The position numbers and the translations under genes are program-made. A DNA stretch of 57,732 nucleotides, filler included, from Sphacelaria rigidula (lineage: Eukaryota): assembly GCA_964200075.2 (NCBI GenBank). It is 2 parts of 2 records of this genome, joined end to end, with 100 filler letters (N's around TTAATTAATTAA, not from the genome) between each part and the next. Parts side by side here need not be neighbours in the genome. Positions count along the whole stretch, not along the records: positions 1 to 28,850 come from CAXNAA020000093.1; 1 more part is not named here. The stretch is one strand, 5' to 3'. Positions 13,801-25,800 of the stretch are shown here, in pieces (within the stretch, counting starts at the first letter, position 1; every line of letters starts with the position of its first letter). The notes beneath the pieces were generated by a model that worked only from the letters and a program-made list of their open reading frames with translations, had not been told where the DNA came from and did no database searches.

Positions 13801-16800
13801 TCAAGATCCAGCCACCGGCGCAAGGCACGAGATTTCAAAGCCTGGAAACCTACCCATGCTAACCTTACGGGTTTCTGTGGTCGGAAAGTCCCTCTCTAGT
13901 TATGGCGGTGGCATCCTGGGTGTTGTTTTCGTCGATAGGAGTCTGACTTCCAAGAAAAGGTATCGCAAAATACATGTCATTTTCTTGTGCGTGTTTTGTG
14001 TCTTGATTTTCCAGAGGTGCAAATGCTCCACAGCCACCCCGGGCCCCGCCGTACTACTTAGGCAGGTCGTCGAGGTGTACGCTCGGACTTGAGACAGGCT
14101 CTCTTTGAAACCCCTACATCAATGTCTCGAATTCTGGGCTAATAGCTTGAAAGGATGGCGTAAACGGCGCACGTCTTCATGGACTCCTTGATTCGGTGTA
14201 TTGAGTGTCAACAGGCAATCACATCGGGGCAAATCAGTCTTACATGCGATCATCATTGGTCGCAATATGGCCACGAAGTTAGGCCGCTGAGTAAAGTTTC
14301 ATTTTTGTCCCGTTACGGGGTATCATATACCACCCCCTGTCGGAACCGATGCCTTAACTGCAACCTGAGCATGAAGATAAAAAACTATGCAGTAGGATAC
14401 GCCTGCCGCAGAATTGTGTACTTGAAACTGCAAATTTCTCCCGAACCAACTAATAGATTTGACGGTACGACTCAGCATAAGTCAGCATAAGTCAGCAGAC
14501 GACAAAAAAACAAACCTCTTTTTTTATCGGCGCCTACCTAACCATGAGGGCAAAAGGGCAAAAGGGCAAAATACAACTTGTACGCATAAGACACTGCTCT
14601 TCTCTTGCGCGGTACGTAATGTGCTCCATTTAGAAGAGGGATGAAACCCAAGTGCGTTTTGTGCCTCTGACGGGCCCTCTCCCCAGCTGGGGGGGTGTAC
14701 TCATGATCATGCATGCCATAGTCATAAGACCATTGACCTCGCATCCCTACAAAGCCGGGACGGAGCACGCCGGGTTCTAGTCACCATCTAGGGGGGGAGG
14801 GGGGGTAGCTTTTGACTCGGACCGGGAACTCGCCTGGGGGCGTAGGAACTAACAGTGTCAATTCATTACATGAGCTGATAGTGCGAGGCATTGGTTTTAG
14901 TGGCTGCACCAACGTTTCGAACTCCTGGCATTTAAAAACCCAACCAATTCACGCCTAATATTTAGTGAGAACCGTGCAGGATCCGTGACACTTGATTCAT
15001 CCCCTGGATGCAATTGCCACAGTCAATCGCAAGTAAAACGGTACCAGGATACCTTTCCGGCGGCCATAGCGGGTTCGCCTCCTTCGGCCAGCGCCCGGAC
15101 AGACCAACTCAGTAGCCCCTTGACGTCCGTGTCGCAGTGCTTGCGGTACAGCAGGCCCCCGAATGTGGCCAGGTTGGTTATCCATCTGCTTAGATGGGCG
15201 TTAATGGGCGGAATACGAATGAATACCGAGCATGCGCGCCCAAACATCTGCATGTGTAATGAAGGTTGAGGGTCTGGATACGTGACAGGTGCGATCAGCA
15301 GGATGATCATCATGTGGGCCATACACACTGTGTGACAATACCGAACAACAGCTCGATGTCGCCGCGAATGACATCGCTGATCGATCGAGGTTCAAAAACG
15401 TTCTTACTTGGAATATATACACACGCGCGATAGGGCAGCTAGGATGTTTCTGCTCGCTGCACACCAGCAGTGTGGTTAGAGTTGTACTGGGGAGAACACT
15501 TCATTCAGCGCACCCTCAAAACCATTTCAATCCCTGCCATTGCAAGGCTCCGTCGACTGTGCTGCAAAAAAACGCCTCTTTTCGAGGGAAAGGTTGCTCT
15601 CAGAGATGATGCTCCTTTCAGACCCGCGCAGGTGTTGGACAATCGCGTAGAGGTGTAAATCCGCCACTATAGTACCACCGCGATATGAAGACGTCTTTAC
15701 ATAACATTATTTGAATTAAAAGGCACTAGCGTTGAAAAAACTGCAGGAAAATGGTTACTTCGATAAACAAAATAATATACATGTCTTGTGTAGAAATGGG
15801 AAGGGCCGTTCAAGTGTTCACCTCTCCAGCGTTAGGCCGCTGTCAGTGACTATGCTCCTGTTGGACTGGCACAGATGTTGGACCATGGTGTAGGCCACGC
15901 AGTCCAGGCCGAGAGAGTTGCTGACGTACCGAAGGCTGTCCGCGATCATGGTGATGAAGTTGTCATAGCTGGAAAATAACAGAAACAAACAAGCGCAAAC
16001 CTCTTGTTCAGTTTATCGCAGCAAAGAGTCCTCCGAAGGGATGGAGTCGTCGACCACACTTCTTACGATATATAACCGAAAATAGGTCGTAGCTGGGCCA
16101 TGAAAAATGACACAGACACAACGTCGGTCATGCTACTCAGGTAATGTCGACATCAGATCATGTAGACGCCCTGGTATTTTTGGGGTCAATCCATAGCCAA
16201 ATAGCTAAACTGCAACTATCGGCGTCGTGACTTGTGAGATTTGATACAACCATGGGGATCGACGTGCTCTGAGGTGCATCAACTTCCCTGACACCGCACA
16301 TGTTCGAACACAGGAAACCTTGATATCGCGAGGCCTGTCGAACAAGCTAGAGCTTGAAAAGGAACACAAACAGTCACGCCTTGTCTTGTCTAATCTGTTA
16401 GTGATGACGGGTCAACCTCAGTCAAATGCTTCCATTGCTACGTACATGCATACGATGATGACCGATTCCATTGTAAGTGAACACAGATCACACCATCGTC
16501 GGGTTCGAAAACAGCGCAATTGACGCGTTTCCGGTCAAGAAAACGGGAGATGCTCTAGCCAGCACTGTCTAGCCGTCTTCATCCACACGACAAGCATCAA
16601 AGTTGCAAATATTGACATTGGCACCTTTCCAGCTGGTTGAGGACCTTCTCTGCAAATACCAGAGGATGTGCGTGAGAGGCCTTGCCCAGCTTGAAGGCCA
16701 TATCTCGAACGTTGTCCGAGGTCAACATCTTGATCAATCGCGAGATCTCAGCACCCGATGCGGTCTGTCGAGGGCAAAATACAACGGTCAAGCACGAGCA

Positions 16801-19800
16801 CAACCCTGAACCACAAATCCTGGCGTCAGTGTAAAGCTGGGCCGGCAGAGTGCCACGTCGAACAAGAACGGCACTTCCAAAACGAACGGAACTTGAAGTT
16901 TAGCATTTTTTCCCTTTCCCTTGACGCAAGGAGGAAATCCAACTCTACACTTACCCCATGTGCCGGCTTTCAGGAAATGAACGGAGGAGCGGTGTACGCG
17001 GTGCGGGCAACGAGTGACAACCAAATAGCACATTCAACGCAAAATCGGGCGTGCGCTGTTGTGTAATTGGAAATAGACAAATTTGAAAAAACGACTCGTG
17101 CCTCAAAATTTGAATCAAGGTCGAAAAAATACATGCCTGAGGGAGCCCGTCAACGTGAATACGAGGACAGTGATAACTGGCTCCAAGTGGCGCAAAACGT
17201 CCACGTTTCGTTCCACCCCCAAGTGTGGTATCAAACAAAGCGCATGAAAACGCCGCACGCAAGAACCCAGTAGGAGGAATCCATGCGGTGGCATTATTAC
17301 CTCCGCCACAACGAGCTGCGGGTGCTTGGACCTCAAGCCGTACTTCTCCATGTTGTGCCCGCGCCACGCTCCGTACAGCAGAAATCGATCCTCATAGTCC
17401 AATTCAGACAGCATGGTCCATACCTCGGCCTGCATAGCCGGGTTACCGTGCGTCATGCCTAGGGCGGGGGCGACAGACAACACCACTTTGATGTAGTCCA
17501 TTTTTCGCGTGTCAATCTCCTTCTTCAAGGCGGCCGGTCCACCCGGTTGCTGCCGGTGAATGTCCAGGGCCTCGGCGTAGGATAGACCGAACAGACAGCG
17601 GATCGATTTCAACGGATCTGCCGTTGTCGCTGAAGATGTTGGTGTTGCTTTCAATGCATCTTTACTATTGCTGTTTGTGGAGGATGATGCACCGCTGTTG
17701 GCGCTCGAGTTGTTTTCTTTGCCGCTCAAGCTGGTGCTCGAGTTGGAAGGATCTCCCCGACTGCCTCTGTTCTTCGCTGCCACAGCCGACAGGACACGGC
17801 ACACCTGCGGCGGGCAAGCGAGTGCACACGAACACAGAACTCGAATTTTGGCGTGGGTTCGCGTGACCCAAACAATATCGGGAGTAACTCCTTCAGCAGT
17901 GGCAAAATATAGCTTTCAAGAAAAGACCCCGTGCGTTATGCGTATGCACGTGAATGCGACCACTCGATACAGTGACATCGGCCATTTTGGAACCGTAGTC
18001 GAAGCAATCGTAAAGTCAAGCGATCTTCGAAACAAGAAGTGGTAATAACACAAAGTATGCGGTGCTTCCAATCAAGACCGCAAGTTGCTCGCCCTGGGGA
18101 ACAACTCGGGATTCCTTCCCAACTGCGGCAATATAATCAATCCCCCTTTGCAACAACAATGCGATCCAACTTCACCAAACCCTCAACGAAAGACAACATT
18201 TGGCGAAAATTATACTGCGTGCAGTATCGAATATCATGTGTACAGCAAAATTCACGAGATTCGATCCTGTACGCGTTAGACTGAATGCCAATGTGCCAAT
18301 GTGATACTTTATCCAGCATGTGAACTCCATGACGGCAAATCAAAAAGAGCTTGTCTCGTCGCTTCTTAGAGGAAACAAATGGCGAGAGAAGATCAGTCCA
18401 ACGGCAGGACTGGTGTCTACTGTACGAGGGCTATAAGAAATACGAAGAGAGCAAAGTCGGCAGGCTGTATGTCAACTTGCCCTGGCGAACATCACGGGAT
18501 CTCTTCCAATGTGCGGCCCCAGAGCCTTGAGCAAAGGTCCCAGCACGGCGACAGCCTCCTTCAGCTTATCCGGGACGACAAAACCGTTGCCATATCCAGG
18601 GAGCCGTGTGAGATCTTCCATTTGAAGGTAATTTTGGTATTGAACGTTCGTTGACACTCGTGATCCTAACGCTGGTGCCGATGTTGCAGCAGGTGCTGAC
18701 GTTGAAGCAGATGTTGATGCTTTAATGGGTGCAACTTTGGAGGCTGCAGAGGGAGCACTGCCGTTGGCGTGAAAAGACGGCATCTTGGCCAACGCCTGTC
18801 GTCCAACGGGTCACGCCAAACATAATTTCATCGATCGCAAAACGGAAATAATGTCATGGGGGGAGAGGGGGGCATGAACGGGGCTCCAATTCACTGTCTA
18901 CACCCGTAATCCTACTGCACTTATCCTACCCCGATCTCCACATGGGGCAAACATTGGTACCATCAGACTTTCTTCTGCTGCTCAAGGCAGAAACGCTAAA
19001 TCAGCTAATGTCGCATAATTGAATTGCACGCGTGCTTCCTTGGTAAGAACCTTTCACAGGAAAACCTCCAAATATTCACCCGTTTCGAGCAACGCATTAC
19101 CTACAAAGATCTACCCCCGAGTACGGGTATAATTCTGACTGTTGCGGGACAATCTGCAGCCTAGAAGTTAAGTTACCTCAAGAATCATTCGGTATTCCGC
19201 ATGATATGACACCACTCACCTGTTGCGGGAGAACCTCGCCAGCCTCCACATCATCTCCCACGGCAGGTGTCTTTGCCACTGTTGCTGTCTTGGAAACTGT
19301 TGCAATCTTGGCAGGAATCGGCGTCACCACGGTGGCGGGAATCGCCTTGATGCCCTTGCTGCCCGCTGGCCGGAGCTGTTGATCGATACAGATTTTTCAC
19401 GCAACGGATACAGAAGAGTCGATAGGCAGACCGAATGCGGATTAATGCGAAGCAAAAAATCAAGCTTGGGGAGAGACATGAGGGCCGAAGTGTGGAGGGT
19501 GGCCGTTACGGCAATCGCGGCATTTCACAATATCGCAGAATAGATAATGCGGGTGAAGAAGCACCACTACTGCCACCCATATTTTCGACAGGATGGGGAC
19601 CGTGACCGCAACGACGAAACGCAGCAAATAACATTCAAAATCTACGCGACTTGCGGCGGACGGACCCTACTCCCCGGTGTCAGTGGCGTGTTAGCCACGT
19701 TGGGCTAACCCTAACCCTAACACTAACTCTACGTCTCTTGTGTGCGCCAGGCAGTCGGCTGCAAGCCAGACTGCGGCGACGTAGGCTACTAGCAGTAATC

Positions 19801-22800
19801 CTATGTGCGCTACCGTACTGTTCGGGCGCAAAGTCGCCTACTATCCGAACGTATACAAATTACTACATGTGTAAATACTCGAACATTTCATGTGTTCTTT
19901 AGGCTCATGTGTTGGACAAGTGGTGTGTGGTGTCCCCCGGAACGTGATAATTCACCTCATCTCGAGCCTGGACGTTGTACGCAGCTGTATGACTGCCAAC
20001 TCATGATCTACACGATGATAGGACGAAAACTGGAAACGGCCGAAACAAGTCAACATGCGGAGCAGATCGCCGCCGCAAGGGTCAAGACTGATGCGGTGTT
20101 CCAACCACCACCAGTCAAGCTTGTAAAAATATAGCATGGGGTGTGACCTAACGTGTGGCACCCATTGAACGGACTTGACACAGAAAGCGAGGCATAACCT
20201 GCTGATGCCGATTCACCAGACGTACCGTGATGGGCAATGGGCAGCGATTTGCCAGCTTATGGAGAGCGTCCTTCACAAGGCGCTTCAACGCCTCCCGTAC
20301 AGCTCTGTTCCTCAGAGGATCAACGCCTTGTGCTTTCAGTGTTTCCAGCAGCTGACTTGCCACCTTCCACGCCCTTTCAGAGATATCATGTCCAGTTGCG
20401 TATAGAGAACAAATGGAGTGAAGTGCTTCCAAGTGACAAGGTGGACAAGGCCCAAAAAAGGATGAAAACGTATAATAGTAAGTGCCCCAAGAGTCCATCG
20501 ACGACAAGAACCTACCTCTGCATAACAAGAATACGGATTGGTTCATTGGTACTATCTCACATTACATTGTACCAGTACCACCATACACACACTTCACCAA
20601 CACCGCGTTGTAGTACTAGCAAACGAGACGTTATACAAGTCATCTTTACACTATTCAACACAATTGGGCATCAACCGACATGTCATCAGCACGATGGTGG
20701 CAGCAGTCAACAGTAAGAAGCGACTAATCCTTCCGGTAGGGCGAGGGGTGGCGGGGAGGGGAGGGAGGAGGGTGGATCGAGCCATTCCGTGCACAACGAG
20801 GCAACATCGAGAGGTCACCACAGGAAGTAAACTTCATCTGAAGACCTTACTTGCGAAAACAAAACGCGTGTGCCTTCACCCGTAAAACAAAATCAAGAGT
20901 GTGTGGGGTAGTGTACCACATCCATCAACCTTTTTCCCCCAATATTTTTACCCTGAGATCATTCAGAAATAGAAACACAACATTGAGGACGAAAGCCTAC
21001 AGTTGTGATGAAATGCGAACATTCAAATAGACATGTCGGGGGCTACACTGCAGTCCGTCAGCGGTGCATAGGAAGAGGTCACCAATATCAACGGCAGCGA
21101 GACATGATATACTTCTTACTCGTGCCTCATGCGCATATACATCAACAACGATGACTTTGCCTTCATGATGCAAGAGTCGCACCTTTTGAGCAAAGTGATA
21201 TGCGGAAGCTGTACGAAATTGCCTTCGTGCACACCGAGACCGTCAAACGAAGTCACATTCTTGACAGCGCAAATGTGTCACCATATTAGTGGTGTATCAT
21301 ATATAAACGCCAAGTATTCGATTTATATCATCTACTAGAATCCCTCATCGTGCACTTGAGTTGCCATGTCGGCTTACCTCAGATCAAGCAATGCCTCCAA
21401 GACGCCAAACATCTGATTGTCCTTGCTACTGGCACCTGCGGCTGCGACATCATCATCCTCATCTCCCCCTCCGCCGCCCCCTCCTGCCCCACCGCTAGTC
21501 CCGTTTGCCTTGACACTACAACACACCAAAAAGGGGCGAAACACATTGTGAGACATCAATGCACGGGGGAAGGTGAGACAGACGCCAATAATTGACGTGC
21601 CCAGCACACCAACACAATGTTTCAACCAATGCGATCCCTTCAAAGTAATCATGTTTCCCACCAACCCTGTCACCACGGGTGAGAGAAATTACACCAAAAA
21701 TATGTCGCTGAAACAGTCTAAAACGATTGCAGCGTATAACGAGGAATGATTTTTGCAATGAAAAATAGCGCGACACCCACATTGGAGGTGCAACTTGGAT
21801 ACAGTAAAATGGAGGGGCATAACTCAGGAGGGGAATGAGCATCAAATTCCCACGTGTCACAAGGATCGCTCCATTTCATGTCCGCAGACACTTGCGAGCT
21901 TATGTCCGGTGCCAATATGCGCGACGTGCAGGGGCAGTTGGTGTACTTTTACACGCCGACAGTTTGTGATTGATGAAAGCTGTGCGAAGCGGTGTCATCC
22001 GACTGCTGTTAGTTCTGCATCTGCTCTCACCGCCTGTCCTTTGAATGCGATGCTGCATTCGTTCGTCATGATATCCAACAACTTGTATCAAGTCAATACA
22101 AAGCACGACCCTTCTGTACAAACATCAAAATCAACCGCGCTACCCATGGTGTAGACCATACTTTATTCAAGCAAGTCAGCCTATCCATCACCTGTCCCCG
22201 CTGCGCCTGCGACCATCCCTGTCGCGGCCCCCGTCACGCTCACGCGAATCCCTGCAACACGTACGTGCAATGGACAACAAGCAAATGAGTATCAACACAC
22301 ATACAACCACAAGTTCGTGTCCTGACACGGTTGAGACAGTTTCTAACGATCGGTGTTTGGTGTTGGTGTTTGGTGATGGGGGGGGTGTACTCATCATCAT
22401 GCATCATAGACCATTGACCTCGCATCCCTGCAAAGACGGGACGGAGCACGTCGGCTTTTCGCCGGACCAGGTTCGCACTCAATTGCCAAGCGCGAAGCGC
22501 CGTGGTGTGTTGCGGCGAGTCGCATGAAGGGTGAGCCACATCCTGCTAAGATTGTTCGGCTCGAAGCCTACTGATTACCTTGCATTTCGATGACAGTCTA
22601 GTGTGAATTGCTTTCCTTTCTGGTGTCGCCACTTCCAGAGACAGATTGGGGGGAGGGGGGGGTTCAATTTTGGGACATTCAAACAGGGACCGTCATCACA
22701 CGTCTTGACACTTTGCACCACCTCACTGAGAGGAGTCTAACCCATTTTTCCGATTTGTCTGGCTCCGGGATTTCGAAGTGGTCTCCGTGACCAAAATCCA

Positions 22801-25800
22801 GCTGTAAATAATACGGTATCTGCAGAAATCTGTGGTAACTGCTTGTGATTGACTGTTCCGTATCGTGCTCACATTTTTCATCTCCAGCACGATCTTTGCT
22901 CACAGGCCATTCTAGAAGCCTTAGGGCTAAGCAAATCAGGAAGGTGGGCTAGATTCCTCTCGGTGGGGGTGATGCAAAGTGTCCAAGATATGACATGTCG
23001 ATGTTCCCTGCTTGGCGGCGAAAAACTGGATCAAATGTCTCAAGACTAAAAAATACGGACCCGCCGCCCCTCAAACACAAAAAAGAACGCGAGAAACGGC
23101 CAAAATCCTCTTTTATCGAGAAAAACTTCTAGTATCAAGGTATCAACCAATCCCTGCCCCGCCCCCCCGGTGCTGTAGCATCGCATCACTACCCACTCAG
23201 TCCGCCAACTTTTGATCGAGTTTTGGTTGACTCAGTTTCTGAGGCCCCCCACGACGGAAAGCAGCAGTGTACTGTATAATACCTCACCAAGCTATAATCG
23301 GCATTCGGTCTCACCACTACAACAACTACTCCGATCGAACTGGCCGACGGCAAACCGTTTTGGGAACAGGGGCACGTTGGCATATAAATACATACTTTCT
23401 CTTCTTTTTTTTTCCCTCACACTTTGAACACCTCCCCTTCCTCGGGATGAACCGTGGTCTCAAGGGATCATCCCATCTCTCCCCCCGTACGTGCCTTTCG
23501 TTTTGATCTCGCGGATTGGGCCAGCACTCTCGCACCGCGTCAACTCACGTCACACCAACCCAGTCGACTACTGTTGTTTACTCACGTTATCACGCTTTCC
23601 ACGGTGGAAATCATAAATTACGAAGAAAAAAACCAAACGCATCGGGAATCGGGAATCGAACCCCCGTTCTCTCCACCCTAATGGCGACAGTCGGACCATT
23701 ACACCACCGGGGCGAGGCATACTATTTCTACAAATGTACGATGTACGATGTACGATGTACGAAGTGGCGTGAAAGCGATACTGAAATATGTACACATACA
23801 ACGGCTTTTTGGTCGTGGTTTTCGACTCATTCACCGAAATTCGGGAAAATGAGGAACGACTCGGGTCGACTCATACGATTCAATCGGAAACATGACGACG
23901 CCTCAGGGTCGACTCGCACGACGGTCGCGACCAAGAGCTGCAGTGGTAGGACGTGTGGAAAATGCAAGACGCAGAGATCCAGCGTAAAATCGATAGTACA
24001 CCATACGCTCAAGTCTGTAAACTGTGTATGAATACCATGTGCTACCCCAACCGTGTGCACATCCGAGGCTCACCTGTGAGGATTGTGACCATGAAATCCA
24101 CCGCCATATCCACTCGCGACCGCCAGCGGTGCCATGCTACCGAGCCTATAATGGGAACACATACGGTCAATCCTTCTTGGTCAGACGTGTGTTGAGTGCT
24201 GTCTATCGTTCAGTTCACCATAAGCAGGGTGATAGTTGCCTACAATATCGTGACGGACATTCGCAACAGCTTTTACGTTAAGCCTCTCGCAAGCGTGCGC
24301 GTCACGAGAGGGCAGTTTTTCCCGGCAGGGTTCACGACTATAAACATCATACCGGCAGGTTATACTAGCCACGCCAACATCACCTGCGAACCGTGGGCAA
24401 GACGGACATCCAACTCGAACCCCAAGCAACCTATGACTAGTCATACTAATGCCCTGCACGTGTCCTGCGAGTCTGTAAAGGCTAGTTTGCTGCGGTTATA
24501 GGATGTTCCTGAGGGATGATCTTCCCGAACGATCTCCAAAACGAGGCCTATTCTCTCTCCTGATATCAAGAGGAAGGATTGGCCGTGAGCCTGGGTGGTG
24601 AGCAGAGGATTCGAGCTGTACAGGGAGGGAACAGAGCACTGATAACTCTCCAGAGCTCGGTGATGGTCCCACAACTGCCTCATCTCCGGGTAACACGTGC
24701 ATACGAGCAATCATCCGCACATACAACTAGAGTGGCTTCCACAGCAACTATAATACCTTAATACTTTTACGTTGGTACTTCGCTGCCGCCGCGCCCTTGT
24801 GGTGTAGTTGGCATGCCAAAGTACTGCTTGGAGTGAAGTTCGTGAGTTCCGATTACAACCCAGCAACAAGTAGGATTTCCAAGAATATCGTTGTCGGGAG
24901 ACGCGATAACGCAACTTGCACAAAAAAAGACGATGGAAGTTGTCGGGCCGCGAAAGTGCGGGCACTGACACTGACACCAACAGAATGTTCCATCGTTCTT
25001 ACCCTGAGTGGAAGACAAGTACTTGGGGCAAAATGGGTCAACCCCTCGAGACGATGAAGTCTTCCTGACGAGAAGCGTGGGTTCAAGAGAAAAAGCATCA
25101 AAGGCCTTCCCCGAGTCATATCCAAATCACAACGCGGCGGACCGAGGAGTGCCGCTTGTACGATCCCGTCGAGCCATGACACTTCACGCGCTCCTTGCAC
25201 CAACAGCTTCCCCTCTAGCCCTCGTACAGAGCGTCTTGGATACTATCTCATGTTTCCATCCACCAAGCATCGCGATGGTTTGTTCCCAAGCTGTGAGGAG
25301 AGGAGTTCAAAATCCCAGATTTTTCGCCCACACATGCTCGGCGATGTCCCGAAATTCTGCAAAGTGTACACCCCGACGAAACCAACTCTCCAGGGTTCCA
25401 TCAGATTTCGCAATATTCCCTCATACCCGTAGATGAACATATGAGATTCTTACAGGCCTTTCCTGACAACTTGGGACTGAACCCGCCGCGATGCGTGGGG
25501 TGAAGCAAGACATTAAATACTCTAAACTATTTTCACCCAACACTGAAACCACCGAAATCCAGGACTGCGGTACCGGATTTCCCTATAAACGCGTAGACCA
25601 CTAATCCAACACGGTTTCTCTGGGGCAAAGGAGAATGATGACTACGTAGTGAATTGACAACCATGCGCACCGTCACTACAACCACAATCAGATTCCGTCA
25701 CATTTCGCCTTTGACTAGTTGAGGGTTCGCTACTGAGTACCTCTCACTTTTGGTGTAGTATTGCTTGTTTTATACGGACTATCAACTTCGGTACTGATGT

